NCBI GenBank assembly: GCA_036505295.1
Contig: DASXTQ010000042.1
Span: 6,769 to 70,768, forward strand
Reading direction: 5' to 3'
DNA: 64,000 nucleotides
DNA from: Candidatus Eiseniibacteriota bacterium
Lineage (GTDB): Bacteria > Eisenbacteria > RBG-16-71-46 > SZUA-252
Below, piece by piece: positions 1-9,240 of this stretch. Within the stretch, counting starts at the first letter, position 1; every line of letters starts with the position of its first letter. The notes beneath the pieces were generated by a model. The model saw only the letters and a program-made list of their open reading frames with translations, was not told the origin of the DNA and did no database searches. The position numbers were made by a program, and so were the translations under genes.

Positions 1-1
1 G

Positions 2-1006
2 GGCGCGCGAATCCGACTGCGCGATGGAACTTCGCTCGAGGCGCGCTGCGTGGTCCTCGCGATCGGAAACCCGCCCCCTTCCGATCCCCTGGGAGCCGGG
101 TCTCCTCCCTCGAGCCGCCGCTATGCGGGGGATCCCTGGGACCCGGCGGCGCTGGATGGCCTCGAGCCCGGCGATCCCGTGTTGACCATCGGATCGAATC
201 TGACCATGGTGGACATCGCGCTCGCGCTCGAGCACCGAAGCCACCGCGGGCCGATCATCGCGGTCTCGACGCACGGGCTCTTGCCCCACCCGCACGAGGA
301 GAAGCTCCCCCCGGCCTGGGAGCCACGCGTCGGCGGACCCGCGATGACCCCACGCCATCTCATCCGGGCGATGCGTGAGGAGGTGAGCGCCGCGGCCAAG
401 GCCGGCGTGGGGTGGCGATCGGTCGTGGATTCGATCCGGCCGAGGACGGGACAGATCTGGGCGTCCTGGCCGGAACGTGAGCGGAGGCGATTCCTGAGAC
501 ACGCACGGCCCTACTGGGAGGTCCACCGCCATCGCATGGCACCGGAAAACGCGAGGACGATCGCCGCGCTCCGCCGCTCGGGACAGCTTCGGGTCGAGGC
601 GGGACGCATCGTCGGAGTCCGCGAAGGGCGAAGCTCGATCGAGGTGCGCGTGATGCGGCGCGGCTCGGCGGCCCTGCAAACATTCGACGTGAGCCGGGTC
701 GTGAATTGCACGGGACCGGAGATGCAGTATCGGCTGTCCCGCGATCCTCTGGTTCGCGATCTATTCGCGCGGGGGCTCGCGCGGCCCGGACCGCTCGGGC
801 TGGGCTTCGACGCCGGCGAACGCGGGGCGCTCATCGGCACCGACGGCAGGCCATCCGCGGTGCTGTTCACATTGGGCCCGCCGCTCAAGGGGCTCTTCTG
901 GGAGACCACGGCGGTTCCCGAGATCCGCGAGCAAGCCGCGGCACTCGCCGCGCTGCTTGGGCCGCGGTTCTCCTCACCCGAGCCTCTTTCTCCAAAGCTC
1001 TCATGA
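2..1006 (+). CDS. FAD/NAD(P)-binding oxidoreductase (YdhS-like, PF13454-type), 5' partial at window edge
   Basis: ORF 50..1006 remains open back to position 2. Translation resembles FAD/NAD(P)-binding family proteins. No recognisable upstream start in window. Confidence 0.5.
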   Translation, partial: GARIRLRDGTSLEARCVVLAIGNPPPSDPLGAGSPPSSRRYAGDPWDPAALDGLEPGDPVLTIGSNLTMVDIALALEHRSHRGPIIAVSTHGLLPHPHEEKLPPAWEPRVGGPAMTPRHLIRAMREEVSAAAKAGVGWRSVVDSIRPRTGQIWASWPERERRRFLRHARPYWEVHRHRMAPENARTIAALRRSGQLRVEAGRIVGVREGRSSIEVRVMRRGSAALQTFDVSRVVNCTGPEMQYRLSRDPLVRDLFARGLARPGPLGLGFDAGERGALIGTDGRPSAVLFTLGPPLKGLFWETTAVPEIREQAAALAALLGPRFSSPEPLSPKLS

Positions 1007-1029
1007 AGGTCGCGTGAAACCGGAGGTGC

Positions 1030-2313
1030 ATGGCCAGGGAACCTAGCCGAAGCCGCTTCTTCTGGGGTGCGGGCACCTCCGCACACCAGGTCGAGGGCGG
1101 GAACGACCGGAACGACTGGTGGGATTGGGAGCAGCTACCCGGAAAGATCCGGGATGGGGACCGATCCGGCGCCGCTTGCCTTCATTGGGACCGGTACGAA
1201 GAGGATCTCGATCTTCTCCGCTCGCTCGGCCTCGACGCGTACCGGTTTTCGATCGAATGGAGCCGCATCGAACCGGAACCGGGGCGCTACGACGAAGGAG
1301 CGATCGAGCATTACCGCCGCGTTCTCATCGCGTGCCGCACGCGCGGCATTGCTCCGATGGTCACGCTGCACCATTTCACGAATCCGCGCTGGTTCGCCGC
1401 GCTCGGCGGATGGGAGGTCGCGCGCAATATCCCGCACTTCGTTCGCTTCGCGCGATTGGCCGGCGAGCGATACGGCGATCTCGTGGACGTGTGGGTCACG
1501 ATCAACGAGCCCGAGGTTCTGGCCTTCCACGGATACGACGAGGGCGTGTGGCCCCCCGGCGTGAAGGACCGCTCCCGCGCGCTCGGGGTCATCGCGAATC
1601 TCCTGGAGGCGCATGCCCTGGCCTCCGTCGCCCTGCGCGAGACGGACCGCGTGGACGCGGATGGAGACGGGATACCCGCGCTCATCGGGGTCGCGAAGCA
1701 CTGGGTCTTGCTCGAACCGCTGCACGCATGGTGGCCTTTCGAGTACGTATCCGCGGCGATCCAGCACGGCGTCTTCAACGTGGCCGTCGCGCGCGCGCTA
1801 CGGGGCGACCCGATCCATCTCGCGATCCCAGGTGTCCGCCCCGTTCGCCGGCAGGTCGATGCCCTGCGGGGCTCCTCGGATTTCATCGGCGTGAATTACT
1901 ACACGCGGTGGATGGTGAGTTTGATCGGGAAGGAGCCGCGCCAAGCGCGTCCCGGCGCCCCTCTGAGCGATCTCGGATGGGAGGTTTACCCGGAGGGCCT
2001 CGAGCGTGCGCTCATCGAATGCGCGGCATTCGGCCTCCCGCTCATCGTCACCGAGAACGGCATCGCCGACGCCGGCGACCGAAATCGCCCGGGGTTCATA
2101 CGAGAGAGCCTGGCCGCGCTCGATCGGGCGCGAGCCCGCGGCGTGGACGTGAGGGGATATTTCCACTGGTCGCTCTTCGACAACTTCGAATGGAACGACG
2201 GCTACCACGGACGATTCGGCCTCTTCGCGGTCGATTTCGAGAAGGCGGAGCGGCCCCGTTCTCCCAGGCAAAGCGCCCGGGTCTACGCCGACGAGGTCGC
2301 CCGCCGGCGCTGA
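1030..2313 (+). CDS. bglA: Glycoside hydrolase family 1 beta-glucosidase
   Basis: 427 aa with GH1 signatures: N-terminal FWGAGTSAHQVEGG, acid/base motif TINEP and nucleophile motif TENG. Confidence 0.9.
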   Translation: MAREPSRSRFFWGAGTSAHQVEGGNDRNDWWDWEQLPGKIRDGDRSGAACLHWDRYEEDLDLLRSLGLDAYRFSIEWSRIEPEPGRYDEGAIEHYRRVLIACRTRGIAPMVTLHHFTNPRWFAALGGWEVARNIPHFVRFARLAGERYGDLVDVWVTINEPEVLAFHGYDEGVWPPGVKDRSRALGVIANLLEAHALASVALRETDRVDADGDGIPALIGVAKHWVLLEPLHAWWPFEYVSAAIQHGVFNVAVARALRGDPIHLAIPGVRPVRRQVDALRGSSDFIGVNYYTRWMVSLIGKEPRQARPGAPLSDLGWEVYPEGLERALIECAAFGLPLIVTENGIADAGDRNRPGFIRESLAALDRARARGVDVRGYFHWSLFDNFEWNDGYHGRFGLFAVDFEKAERPRSPRQSARVYADEVARRR

Positions 2314-2387
2314 GCAGGCAATCCACATGCGATGCCCGCCGGGACGGAGGGCTATCGGCTCCTGTTACCCCCAATTACCCTCGCCGA

Positions 2388-2402
2388 TGGCATAGTGGTT
2401 GC
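2388..2402 (+). promoter_or_regulatory. Sigma54 (RpoN) -24/-12 promoter TGGCAT-N5-TTGC, about 80 nt upstream of the 2481 CDS
   Basis: Sequence gaTGGCATagtggTTGCtcctat matches the sigma54 consensus (TGGCAY-N5-TTGC, GG/GC spacing correct). Confidence 0.55.
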
Positions 2403-2480
2403 TCCTATACAGCTCCCGGACGGGGAAGGGCCACACTCAGTGGCTCTCACCAACGGTCGGCAAACTAGGAGGAAAAGACC

Positions 2481-2933
2481 ATGAGGCGATTACCCTTATG
2501 GATCGTGTGCTCCGCCATGGCGGTCTCGCTGACCGCGGCGGCGCCGAATGCGGGCGCGGGCACGAGTGTCTCCATCAACATGCGCGTGGGGGATCCCTAT
2601 CGCGGCCCTAGCCTTGAGTTCCGTCACGAGCCGGACGTCGTCTTGGTACCGGACACGCGCGTCTATTACGTTCGTGACTACGACTACGACATCTATCGGT
2701 ACGGCAACTATTGGTACTACACCTACGACGGAGGTTGGTACCGCGCGCGGCGCTACAATGGCCGCTACGTCTACATCGGCTATGAGTCGGTGCCACGCGC
2801 CGTGGTTATGGTGCCTGTGAAATACCGCAAGCACTGGCGCGAGCCGGGACACGGTAACGCTTACGGGCACTACAAAGATGCCCGCAACGACAAAGGGCAC
2901 GGGCGTGGCCGCGGGCGCGGACACGGGAATTAG
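2481..2933 (+). CDS. Secreted Tyr/Trp/Arg-rich protein of unknown function (paralog 1; VYYVRDYDYDIYRYG..WYY.YDGGWYRAR motif)
   Basis: ATG preceded by AGGAGG RBS. N-terminal signal peptide (MRRLPLWIVCSAMAVSLTAAAP). Shares about 60 aa of near-identical core with the ORF at 3217. Confidence 0.75.
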   Translation: MRRLPLWIVCSAMAVSLTAAAPNAGAGTSVSINMRVGDPYRGPSLEFRHEPDVVLVPDTRVYYVRDYDYDIYRYGNYWYYTYDGGWYRARRYNGRYVYIGYESVPRAVVMVPVKYRKHWREPGHGNAYGHYKDARNDKGHGRGRGRGHGN

Positions 2934-2965
2934 AAACGAGAACCACGCAGGATAGCGAACAACTG

Positions 2966-2990
2966 GGGCCCTCCTGGGGGGGCCCTTTTC
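2966..2990 (+). terminator. Rho-independent terminator (GGGCCC-8 nt loop-GGGCCC followed by TTTTC)
   Basis: GC-rich palindromic stem followed by T-tract 30 nt after the stop codon at 2933. Confidence 0.5.
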
Positions 2991-3139
2991 ATTACCGGGC
3001 GACCCCGGGACCCGGATTCGGCCCCTGTGGCCAATTAGCCACCCTTCGGTACGGTGAGTCTACAGGGGGACAGATACACACACCGGAGAGTCTGATATAA
3101 GTTAAGCGTATTCAATGTCTTACGCGCCAAAGGAGGCCG

Positions 3140-3154
3140 TGGCACAGGCATTGC
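3140..3154 (+). promoter_or_regulatory. Sigma54 (RpoN) -24/-12 promoter TGGCAC-N5-TTGC, about 63 nt upstream of the 3217 CDS
   Basis: Sequence cgTGGCACaggcaTTGCtctat is a perfect consensus match. The extended -12 region is the same as at 2399 and 47521. Confidence 0.6.
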
Positions 3155-3216
3155 TCTATCTATGGCCAGATCGCCCCCAGGGCGATGGTAGCAACCAAAG
3201 GAAAAGGAGGGTCCTC

Positions 3217-3804
3217 ATGAAACGGCTATTCAGTTGGACCGCATGCATGGCGTTCGCGCTCGCGCTGAGCTCCTTGACGTCGAGCGCGCTCGCGAGGACC
3301 AGCGTTTCGGTCGACCTGCATTTTGGTGACCGATACCGTGGCCCAGACGTCGTTTTTTATGATGATCCCGATGTCGTCGTGGTACCCGGCACGCGCGTCT
3401 ACTACGTCCGCGACTACGACTACGACATCTATCGGTGCGGCAGGTTCTGGTACTACAACTACGACGGCGGCTGGTACCGCGCGCGTAGTTACCGGGGCCC
3501 GTGGATCTATGTCGGGTATCGTTCCGTGCCGCGGGAGATAAGCTACGTGCCTCATCGCTATCGCAGGCACTGGAGCGACTTCCGCGCCGAGCCGAGGTAC
3601 ACGTATCGCGACTCACGTTCCCGTGACCGTACCTGGCAGGAACGGGATCGCGGCGTACAGAACCGGGATCGCGGCGTACAGAATCGGGATCGCGGCGGGC
3701 AGAATGATCGCGGCGGGCAGAATCGGGATCGGGGTGGGCAGAATCGGGATCGGCGTGATCGCGATCGCAATGACCGCGGCTGGGATGGAAGGCAAGATCG
3801 GTAA
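3217..3804 (+). CDS. Secreted Tyr/Trp/Arg-rich protein of unknown function (paralog 2) with C-terminal RDRG(V/G)QN heptad-repeat tail
   Basis: ATG with AGGAGG RBS (aaggagggtcctcATG) and signal peptide MKRLFSWTACMAFALALSSLTSSALA. Core VVVPGTRVYYVRDYDYDIYRCGRFWYYNYDGGWYRAR is shared with the 2481 ORF. Confidence 0.75.
   Translation: MKRLFSWTACMAFALALSSLTSSALARTSVSVDLHFGDRYRGPDVVFYDDPDVVVVPGTRVYYVRDYDYDIYRCGRFWYYNYDGGWYRARSYRGPWIYVGYRSVPREISYVPHRYRRHWSDFRAEPRYTYRDSRSRDRTWQERDRGVQNRDRGVQNRDRGGQNDRGGQNRDRGGQNRDRRDRDRNDRGWDGRQDR
3640..3762 (+). repeat. About six tandem copies of a 21-bp unit (aa(c/t)cgggatcgcggcg(t/g)(a/g)cag) encoding a (N)RDRG(V/G)Q low-complexity tail
   Basis: Directly visible tandem repetition in sequence. 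One unit is shortened to 18 bp. Confidence 0.8.
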
Positions 3805-4006
3805 CGACATCTCCGCCTGACCAAGTCACCGATGAGGGGGTCCCGCAATGGGACCCCCCTCTCTTTTTGGATGAGCCGCCCCCTGCCCATAATAAATCCG
3901 GTAGGATCGGTGCGTGGCCGGGCGCGTGGTGGCGGCAACGCGCCGACCCGACACGCTGTGCCGAATGAGTCCGGATACGCCGACCGAAGTACAGGGGGGA
4001 AGCGGC

Positions 4007-4327
4007 ATGACTCAAACGCAGCTATTGAAGAGGATCAAACGCGCGCACTGGCGGTCCCTGGAGCGGCTCCTACGTCGGGCGTATCAAGAGGGATTCAGTG
4101 CCGGGCTCGTTCGCGCACACGGTGCCGGTCGTCGAGGGCGCACGATCCGCGCGGACGCCCGTGTGGAAGGGCTCGTCCGCCAGATCGAGCAGCACTTCGG
4201 CCTCGACCGCTACGGCTTCGAGGTACGGGTGGTGCACCCGGGGTCGGGGAGAAGGATTCCCGCTCGAGATCTCCTCGCGAAATACATCATCGAGGACGGA
4301 ACTTCCCGAGATTCAGCAAGACCGTGA
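4007..4327 (+). CDS. Hypothetical small basic protein
   Basis: ORF from ATG (MTQTQLLKRIKR...) with a G-rich RBS-like stretch. No recognisable domain. Convergently overlaps the 3' end of the FG-GAP gene, so it may not be real. Confidence 0.25.
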   Translation: MTQTQLLKRIKRAHWRSLERLLRRAYQEGFSAGLVRAHGAGRRGRTIRADARVEGLVRQIEQHFGLDRYGFEVRVVHPGSGRRIPARDLLAKYIIEDGTSRDSARP

Positions 4328-5444
4328 CGGTGTTCGAAGCGGTGTTTGCGGTCACGAGATCCGGCCACCCGTCGAGGTTCAAGTCGCCCGCCGCGACCGA
4401 TTGAGGGTTCCGCCCGACTCCGAGAGGAATGGCCCGGCGAAATCCTCCGTCTCCTTTCCCCAGCAGGACCGAACAGGTGCTGGAAGCCAGATCCGACGAC
4501 GCAAAATCGGCTCGGCCGTCCGCGTTCAGGTCCAAGACGGCGAGTGCGTAAGGCTGGCGCCCGGTGGCGATCTCCCGTTTTCCCCGAAAGGAACCATTCC
4601 CGATCCCCAGAAGGACGGAGATGCTATTGGAAACCAGGTTCGTAACCGCCAGGTCCGGCCGGCGGTCCTCATTGAGGAATCCGACCGCGACCGAATAGGG
4701 GGAGACGCCGGTGGAATAGTCCCGCCGGCGGCGGAAGGTGCCGTCGCCGTTCCCGAGCAAGACAGAAACGCAGTTGGAGTTGAAGCACGCGACAACGAGG
4801 TCCGGCGCGTCATCCGCGTTGAGATTTGAGATCGTGACCGACCGCGGCCCATGAGCTGTCTGGTAGGCCGATGCCGTTTGGAATGATCCGTCCCCCCGCC
4901 CGAGAAGCACGGAAACCTTGTTGAGGTTCAGGTTCGCCGTGACGAGGTCCGGAATCCCGTCCGCATTCAAGTCGCCGATCGCGATCGAATAGGCCCCACC
5001 CCCTCCTTCCACATCTCGCCGCCCGCCAAACGTGCCGTCCCCTTCACCCAAGAGCACCGTCACGGTGCCGGTGCCCTCACTCGCCACGGCCAGATCCTCA
5101 CGACCGTCCTGGTTCAGGTCACCGATGGCGAGCGTGTAGGGGAGAAATGGGCCGGGGAATTCCTGCCGGGTCCGAAAGGTCCCGTCACCCTTCCCGAGAA
5201 GGACCGAGACTTTGTTCGAACCGTAGTTCGCGACCGCAAGATCCGGAATCGGATCCCCGTTCAAGCGGCCGATCACGACGGAACAGGGATAGTTGCCCGC
5301 TGGATACTCCACGCCCGCATCGAAATCAATCTCCTGGGACGGTCGTGTCGCCGCGACGGGCACGTCGATTCTTGGGATGGAATCCATGGGGGCCATGGCG
5401 AGGACCGATGCCGTGACGAGGGCGATCTTCATCCCGCTCATCAT
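4287..5444 (-). CDS. Secreted FG-GAP/VCBS-repeat beta-propeller protein
   Basis: Signal peptide followed by about 7 repeats of ...VAV.DLNADG.PDLV..N..S..VSVLLG.GDGTF... typical of FG-GAP repeats. Confidence 0.8.
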   Translation of the reverse strand: MMSGMKIALVTASVLAMAPMDSIPRIDVPVAATRPSQEIDFDAGVEYPAGNYPCSVVIGRLNGDPIPDLAVANYGSNKVSVLLGKGDGTFRTRQEFPGPFLPYTLAIGDLNQDGREDLAVASEGTGTVTVLLGEGDGTFGGRRDVEGGGGAYSIAIGDLNADGIPDLVTANLNLNKVSVLLGRGDGSFQTASAYQTAHGPRSVTISNLNADDAPDLVVACFNSNCVSVLLGNGDGTFRRRRDYSTGVSPYSVAVGFLNEDRRPDLAVTNLVSNSISVLLGIGNGSFRGKREIATGRQPYALAVLDLNADGRADFASSDLASSTCSVLLGKGDGGFRRAIPLGVGRNPQSVAAGDLNLDGWPDLVTANTASNTVTVLLNLGKFRPR

Positions 5445-5457
5445 CCGGCGCCCCGGC

Positions 5458-6126
5458 TCAGCGGATGGGGCGAAGAATTTGGCTGAATCGAGGCCAATTC
5501 CGATCGCCGTCCCAGGAGAAGTACCGGAAGATTGCTCTCCCTTTGACCAGCGCGATCGGCAAGGGACCCCAGAAGCGGCTGTCCAGGCTGTTGTCGCGGT
5601 TGTCCCCCATCATGAAGATGTGGTCTTTCGGCACGACGATCGGCCCGAAGTTGTCGCGCGGGCCGACGTCCCGCGGCAGAACACGATCGTCTTCGTGGAT
5701 GACGTACGGTTCGACCTGCTTCCTGCCGTCCACGTAGAGGGTCTTATCCTTCACCTCGACCGTCTGTCCCTCGACCGCAACGCAGCGCTTGATGAAGTCC
5801 TTCCGGAGATCGACGGGGTAGCGGAAGACGATAATGTCTCCCCGCTCCGGCTTCCTGAAACCCGGAAACCGGTGATGGTAGTACTGGTGGCCGCCCAGTC
5901 CGATGTCGATCTCGGGACCGTAGAGCATCTTGTTGATGTAGATGTAGTCGCCGACGAGAAGCGTCCGCTCCATCGAGCCGCTCGGGATCTGGTAGGCCTG
6001 GGCCACCATGCCGCGGAACACGAGCACGGCCAGGATTCCGATCGTGAGGGTCTTGAGCCACTCGCGAAGGTTGGACTTTTGGTTCTTCTTCGCACTCAAT
6101 TCAGGACTCCATGACCTTGGCCGCAA
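5458..6126 (-). CDS. lepB: Signal peptidase I
   Basis: N-terminal TM segment, catalytic Ser motif SGSMERTL and GDNRDNSLDSR box. Confidence 0.9.
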   Translation of the reverse strand: MRPRSWSPELSAKKNQKSNLREWLKTLTIGILAVLVFRGMVAQAYQIPSGSMERTLLVGDYIYINKMLYGPEIDIGLGGHQYYHHRFPGFRKPERGDIIVFRYPVDLRKDFIKRCVAVEGQTVEVKDKTLYVDGRKQVEPYVIHEDDRVLPRDVGPRDNFGPIVVPKDHIFMMGDNRDNSLDSRFWGPLPIALVKGRAIFRYFSWDGDRNWPRFSQILRPIR

Positions 6127-7114
6127 CCCGGGCCCTCGGCTCGGGCTCTCGAACCGGCTTCGCCGTCCCGGCCGGTTGGGCGAGGTCCGAGGGTAAACCT
6201 CCCGAGGCGTGCCGGGTCCACCAGTCCTCGACTCGGGGCCCGGCCCAGTAGGCCACGAACGTCAGCATGAATCCAGCGAGGATGTCGACGACCCAATGAT
6301 GGCGTAAGTATACCGTGCCGACGACGAGGCCTGTCGCGAAGGGCAGCTGGACCCAGAAGAACCAGCGCTGGTAACGCCATGCCAGGAGAACCGCGAGGAG
6401 CGCGACCGCGCAATGGAGCGACGGAAAGGCGCCATAAGCGGTCAGCGGGACCACGACCGTGGCGGTCCGCGTGAGATCCAGGAGCGGAGTGCCGTGCAGC
6501 GGAACCGAATAAGCGCCCGGCATGAAGAGCCTCGGCGCGGACGCCGGCCATGCGACGTACCCGATATATCCGAGATACAAGCAGAGAACGAGCGTGACCA
6601 TGGTATAGCGGAAGGCCCGGTGGTCTTTCCTGAGATAGAGGAAAAGTCCGAGCATCGGGCCGAGCACGTAGAAGAGCCAGTAGCATACGGTGAAGAAATC
6701 GGTGAGGAGCGGGCGCGCGAAACGCTCGGCCCATATCGTCGGCTCGAGGCCGAAGAGTGAGAGATCCCATTGGTAGAGCGCGCCCGTGATGTCCGGCGCG
6801 TGGAAAAAGCGGATCAGGTCATGAAGGCTGCCGTAGATGTTCGCGCAAAAGACGAACGGCATCGCGTCCCGGAAAAACGTCCACCGGGGTTTGGCCTTGA
6901 TGAGCCACGCGAAAAGGGCCGTCGACGAAAGGAGCAGGAGAAGGCGCGGAAGCGCGCCGGGATAGGACGCCGCCGGTCCGTCCAGGAGATCGGTCCGGGT
7001 GGCGCTCATGCGCGCGAGCGTGTAGGCCATCGGGAGGAAGAGCAGAAGGGTCGCGCACTCCTCCGGCCTGAGCGCGAACAGCGCGCGACGCCACCCTCTC
7101 CCCGACCCGCTCAC
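6101..7114 (-). CDS. PAP2-family (phosphatidic acid phosphatase type 2-like) integral membrane protein
   Basis: Multiple TM helices and PAP2 motifs (PSLH, YLRHHWVVDILAG). Confidence 0.7.
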   Translation of the reverse strand: MSGSGRGWRRALFALRPEECATLLLFLPMAYTLARMSATRTDLLDGPAASYPGALPRLLLLLSSTALFAWLIKAKPRWTFFRDAMPFVFCANIYGSLHDLIRFFHAPDITGALYQWDLSLFGLEPTIWAERFARPLLTDFFTVCYWLFYVLGPMLGLFLYLRKDHRAFRYTMVTLVLCLYLGYIGYVAWPASAPRLFMPGAYSVPLHGTPLLDLTRTATVVVPLTAYGAFPSLHCAVALLAVLLAWRYQRWFFWVQLPFATGLVVGTVYLRHHWVVDILAGFMLTFVAYWAGPRVEDWWTRHASGGLPSDLAQPAGTAKPVREPEPRARVAAKVMES

Positions 7115-9237
7115 GCGCCGCCGTCCGGGGCCAGCCGCACCCTCGCGTCCAGGACGACGCTCGGAGCGTCCCCCTGGAAAACCGCCACAGGATTCAGGTC
7201 GAGCTCCTGGAGGTTGGCCTGCTCCATCGCCATCCGCGAGACCCGGTGCAGGAGGTCGAGGAGGGCGGGCACGTTCGAGCGGGGCGCGCCCCGGTATCCG
7301 TCGAGGAGCGGGAATCCGCGGATCTCGCGCACCATCTCCTCGGCGTCGCGATCGGTGAGCGGCGCCACGCGCATGGAGACGTCCCGCAGGAGCTCGACGG
7401 CGACCCCGCCCAATCCGAAGAGCAAGACCGGCCCGAAGGAAGGGTCGCGGCTCACCCCGACGATCGCCTCGATGCCCCCTTGGATCATTCGTTCCACGGT
7501 GACCCCTTCGAAGCGGGCATTCGGCTTCTCGCGCGCCAGGGCGGTCCGGACCGCGTCGAAGGCGCGGGCCACTTCCTCCTCGCTTCCAAGACGGAGCCTC
7601 ACGCCGTCGACTTCGGTCTTGTGGACGACATCGGGCGAACGCACCTTGACCACGACCGGAAAGCCAATGCTCTTCGCCACCGAAGCGGCCTCGCCGCGGT
7701 TCCCCGCCGGGCGCGAGCGATTCGTAGGCACTCCGTAGGCGGCGAAAAGCTCGTTCATGCTCTCGGCATCCATCCAGCGCGGCCCGGGCTTGCCGGTCGA
7801 GAGCACCCTCGCGATGATCTCACGCCCACGCTCGGTCTCGATTCCGGGGAGCGCCGGCACCTTTCCCGGACCCTTGCTGCGCCAGACGCCATATCCCACG
7901 GCTCGGGCCAGGGTTTGCGCGGCCGATTCGGGGAAGGCATACGAGGGGATGTGCCCCTCCTGGAGGGAGCGAAGACTCTCGGGAACGCCGTGACTTCCCA
8001 TGAAGCAGGACAGGATCGGCTTCTTGCTCCCGGAGGCGCCCGCGAGAATCGCGCGCGCGACCTCCTCCGCGCCGGTAACGAGCGGCGGCACGAAAATCAC
8101 GATCACCGCGTCGACGTTCTTGTCCAGCGTGAGCATGCGAAGCGCCTTCTCGTAGGACGGCGCGTCGGCGGAAGCGATCATGTCGACAGGATTTTTGAAG
8201 CTGGCTTCCGAGGGCAGGAAGGACTTGAGCCCCTTCACCGTCTTCTGCTCGAGCGACGGGAGGGAAAGCCCCGCCGATTCACACGCGTCCGCGGCCATGA
8301 TGCCGGGACCACCGGCGTTCGTCAGGATCGCCACGTTCCGGCCGAGCGGCACGGGCTGTGACGCGAGGAGCATCGCGGTGTCGAACAGCTCCTCGATGGT
8401 GTTGGTTCGGATCACGCCGCTCTGGCGGAAGAGCGCGTCCACCGCCGCGTCCGAGCCGGCGAGCGCTCCGGTGTGCGAGGAAGCGGCCCGCGAGCCGCCG
8501 GGCGTGCGCCCGCTCTTCACCGCGATGATCGGCTTGGTGCGAGCGACCCGGCGGGCGAGCTGGGTGAACTTGTGCGGATTTCCGAATGACTCGAGGTAGA
8601 GAAGGATCAGATCCGTCCCGGGATCCTTCTCCCAGTACTCGATCAGGTCGTTACCGGAGACCTCGGCCTTGTTTCCCACGCTCACGAATTGCGAGATGCC
8701 GAGGTTGAGCTCGCGGGCGTAGTCGAGGATCGCGAGCCCCAACGCGCCGCTCTGGGATGAGAAGGCGACACGTCCCGCCGGAGGCCGCACGGGCGCGAAC
8801 GTCGCGTTCAGCGAGACCTTCGGATCGGTGTTCACGATCCCGAGGCAGTTCGGGCCGACGAGGCGCATATTGTAGCGGCGCGCGACGTCCAAAAGCGCGC
8901 GCTCGCGCTTCCGCCCCTCGTCCCCGGTTTCCTTGAACCCCGCGGAGATGACGATCAAAGCCTTGACGCCTTTCTCCCCGCAAGACGTCGCCGCCTCGAC
9001 CACGTGCTCGGCCGGGATGACGATGACTCCCAGATCGACCGGCCCTGCGATCGCGTTCACGCTCGGGTAGGCGGCGATCGACTGCACGTGGGTCGCGTTG
9101 GGATTGACCGGGTAGACCGGTCCCTGGAAGCCCTGGTCGATCAGGTTATGAAGGATCGCCCCGCCGATCGAGTCACGGCGGCGGGAGGCTCCGATCACCG
9201 CGACCGACCGGGGTTTCAGTAGCGGTTCCAGCGTCAT
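7111..9237 (-). CDS. Acetyl-CoA synthetase (ADP-forming) / acyl-CoA synthetase (NDP-forming), fused alpha-beta
   Basis: 708 aa. N-terminal CoA-binding domain (VAVIGASRRRDSIGG), succinyl-CoA-synthetase-like ligase domain and C-terminal ATP-grasp domain. 4-bp overlap with the upstream PAP2 gene. Confidence 0.8.
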   Translation of the reverse strand: MTLEPLLKPRSVAVIGASRRRDSIGGAILHNLIDQGFQGPVYPVNPNATHVQSIAAYPSVNAIAGPVDLGVIVIPAEHVVEAATSCGEKGVKALIVISAGFKETGDEGRKRERALLDVARRYNMRLVGPNCLGIVNTDPKVSLNATFAPVRPPAGRVAFSSQSGALGLAILDYARELNLGISQFVSVGNKAEVSGNDLIEYWEKDPGTDLILLYLESFGNPHKFTQLARRVARTKPIIAVKSGRTPGGSRAASSHTGALAGSDAAVDALFRQSGVIRTNTIEELFDTAMLLASQPVPLGRNVAILTNAGGPGIMAADACESAGLSLPSLEQKTVKGLKSFLPSEASFKNPVDMIASADAPSYEKALRMLTLDKNVDAVIVIFVPPLVTGAEEVARAILAGASGSKKPILSCFMGSHGVPESLRSLQEGHIPSYAFPESAAQTLARAVGYGVWRSKGPGKVPALPGIETERGREIIARVLSTGKPGPRWMDAESMNELFAAYGVPTNRSRPAGNRGEAASVAKSIGFPVVVKVRSPDVVHKTEVDGVRLRLGSEEEVARAFDAVRTALAREKPNARFEGVTVERMIQGGIEAIVGVSRDPSFGPVLLFGLGGVAVELLRDVSMRVAPLTDRDAEEMVREIRGFPLLDGYRGAPRSNVPALLDLLHRVSRMAMEQANLQELDLNPVAVFQGDAPSVVLDARVRLAPDGGA

Positions 9238-9240
9238 TCG

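Noticed and set aside
1119-2468. 449-aa and other long ORFs (1067-1564, 1135-1767, 1311-1886, 1798-2328) overlapping the GH1 gene
   Set aside because: Shadow ORFs of the beta-glucosidase gene with low-complexity Arg/Pro-rich translations. Only the 1030-2313 frame carries GH1 motifs.
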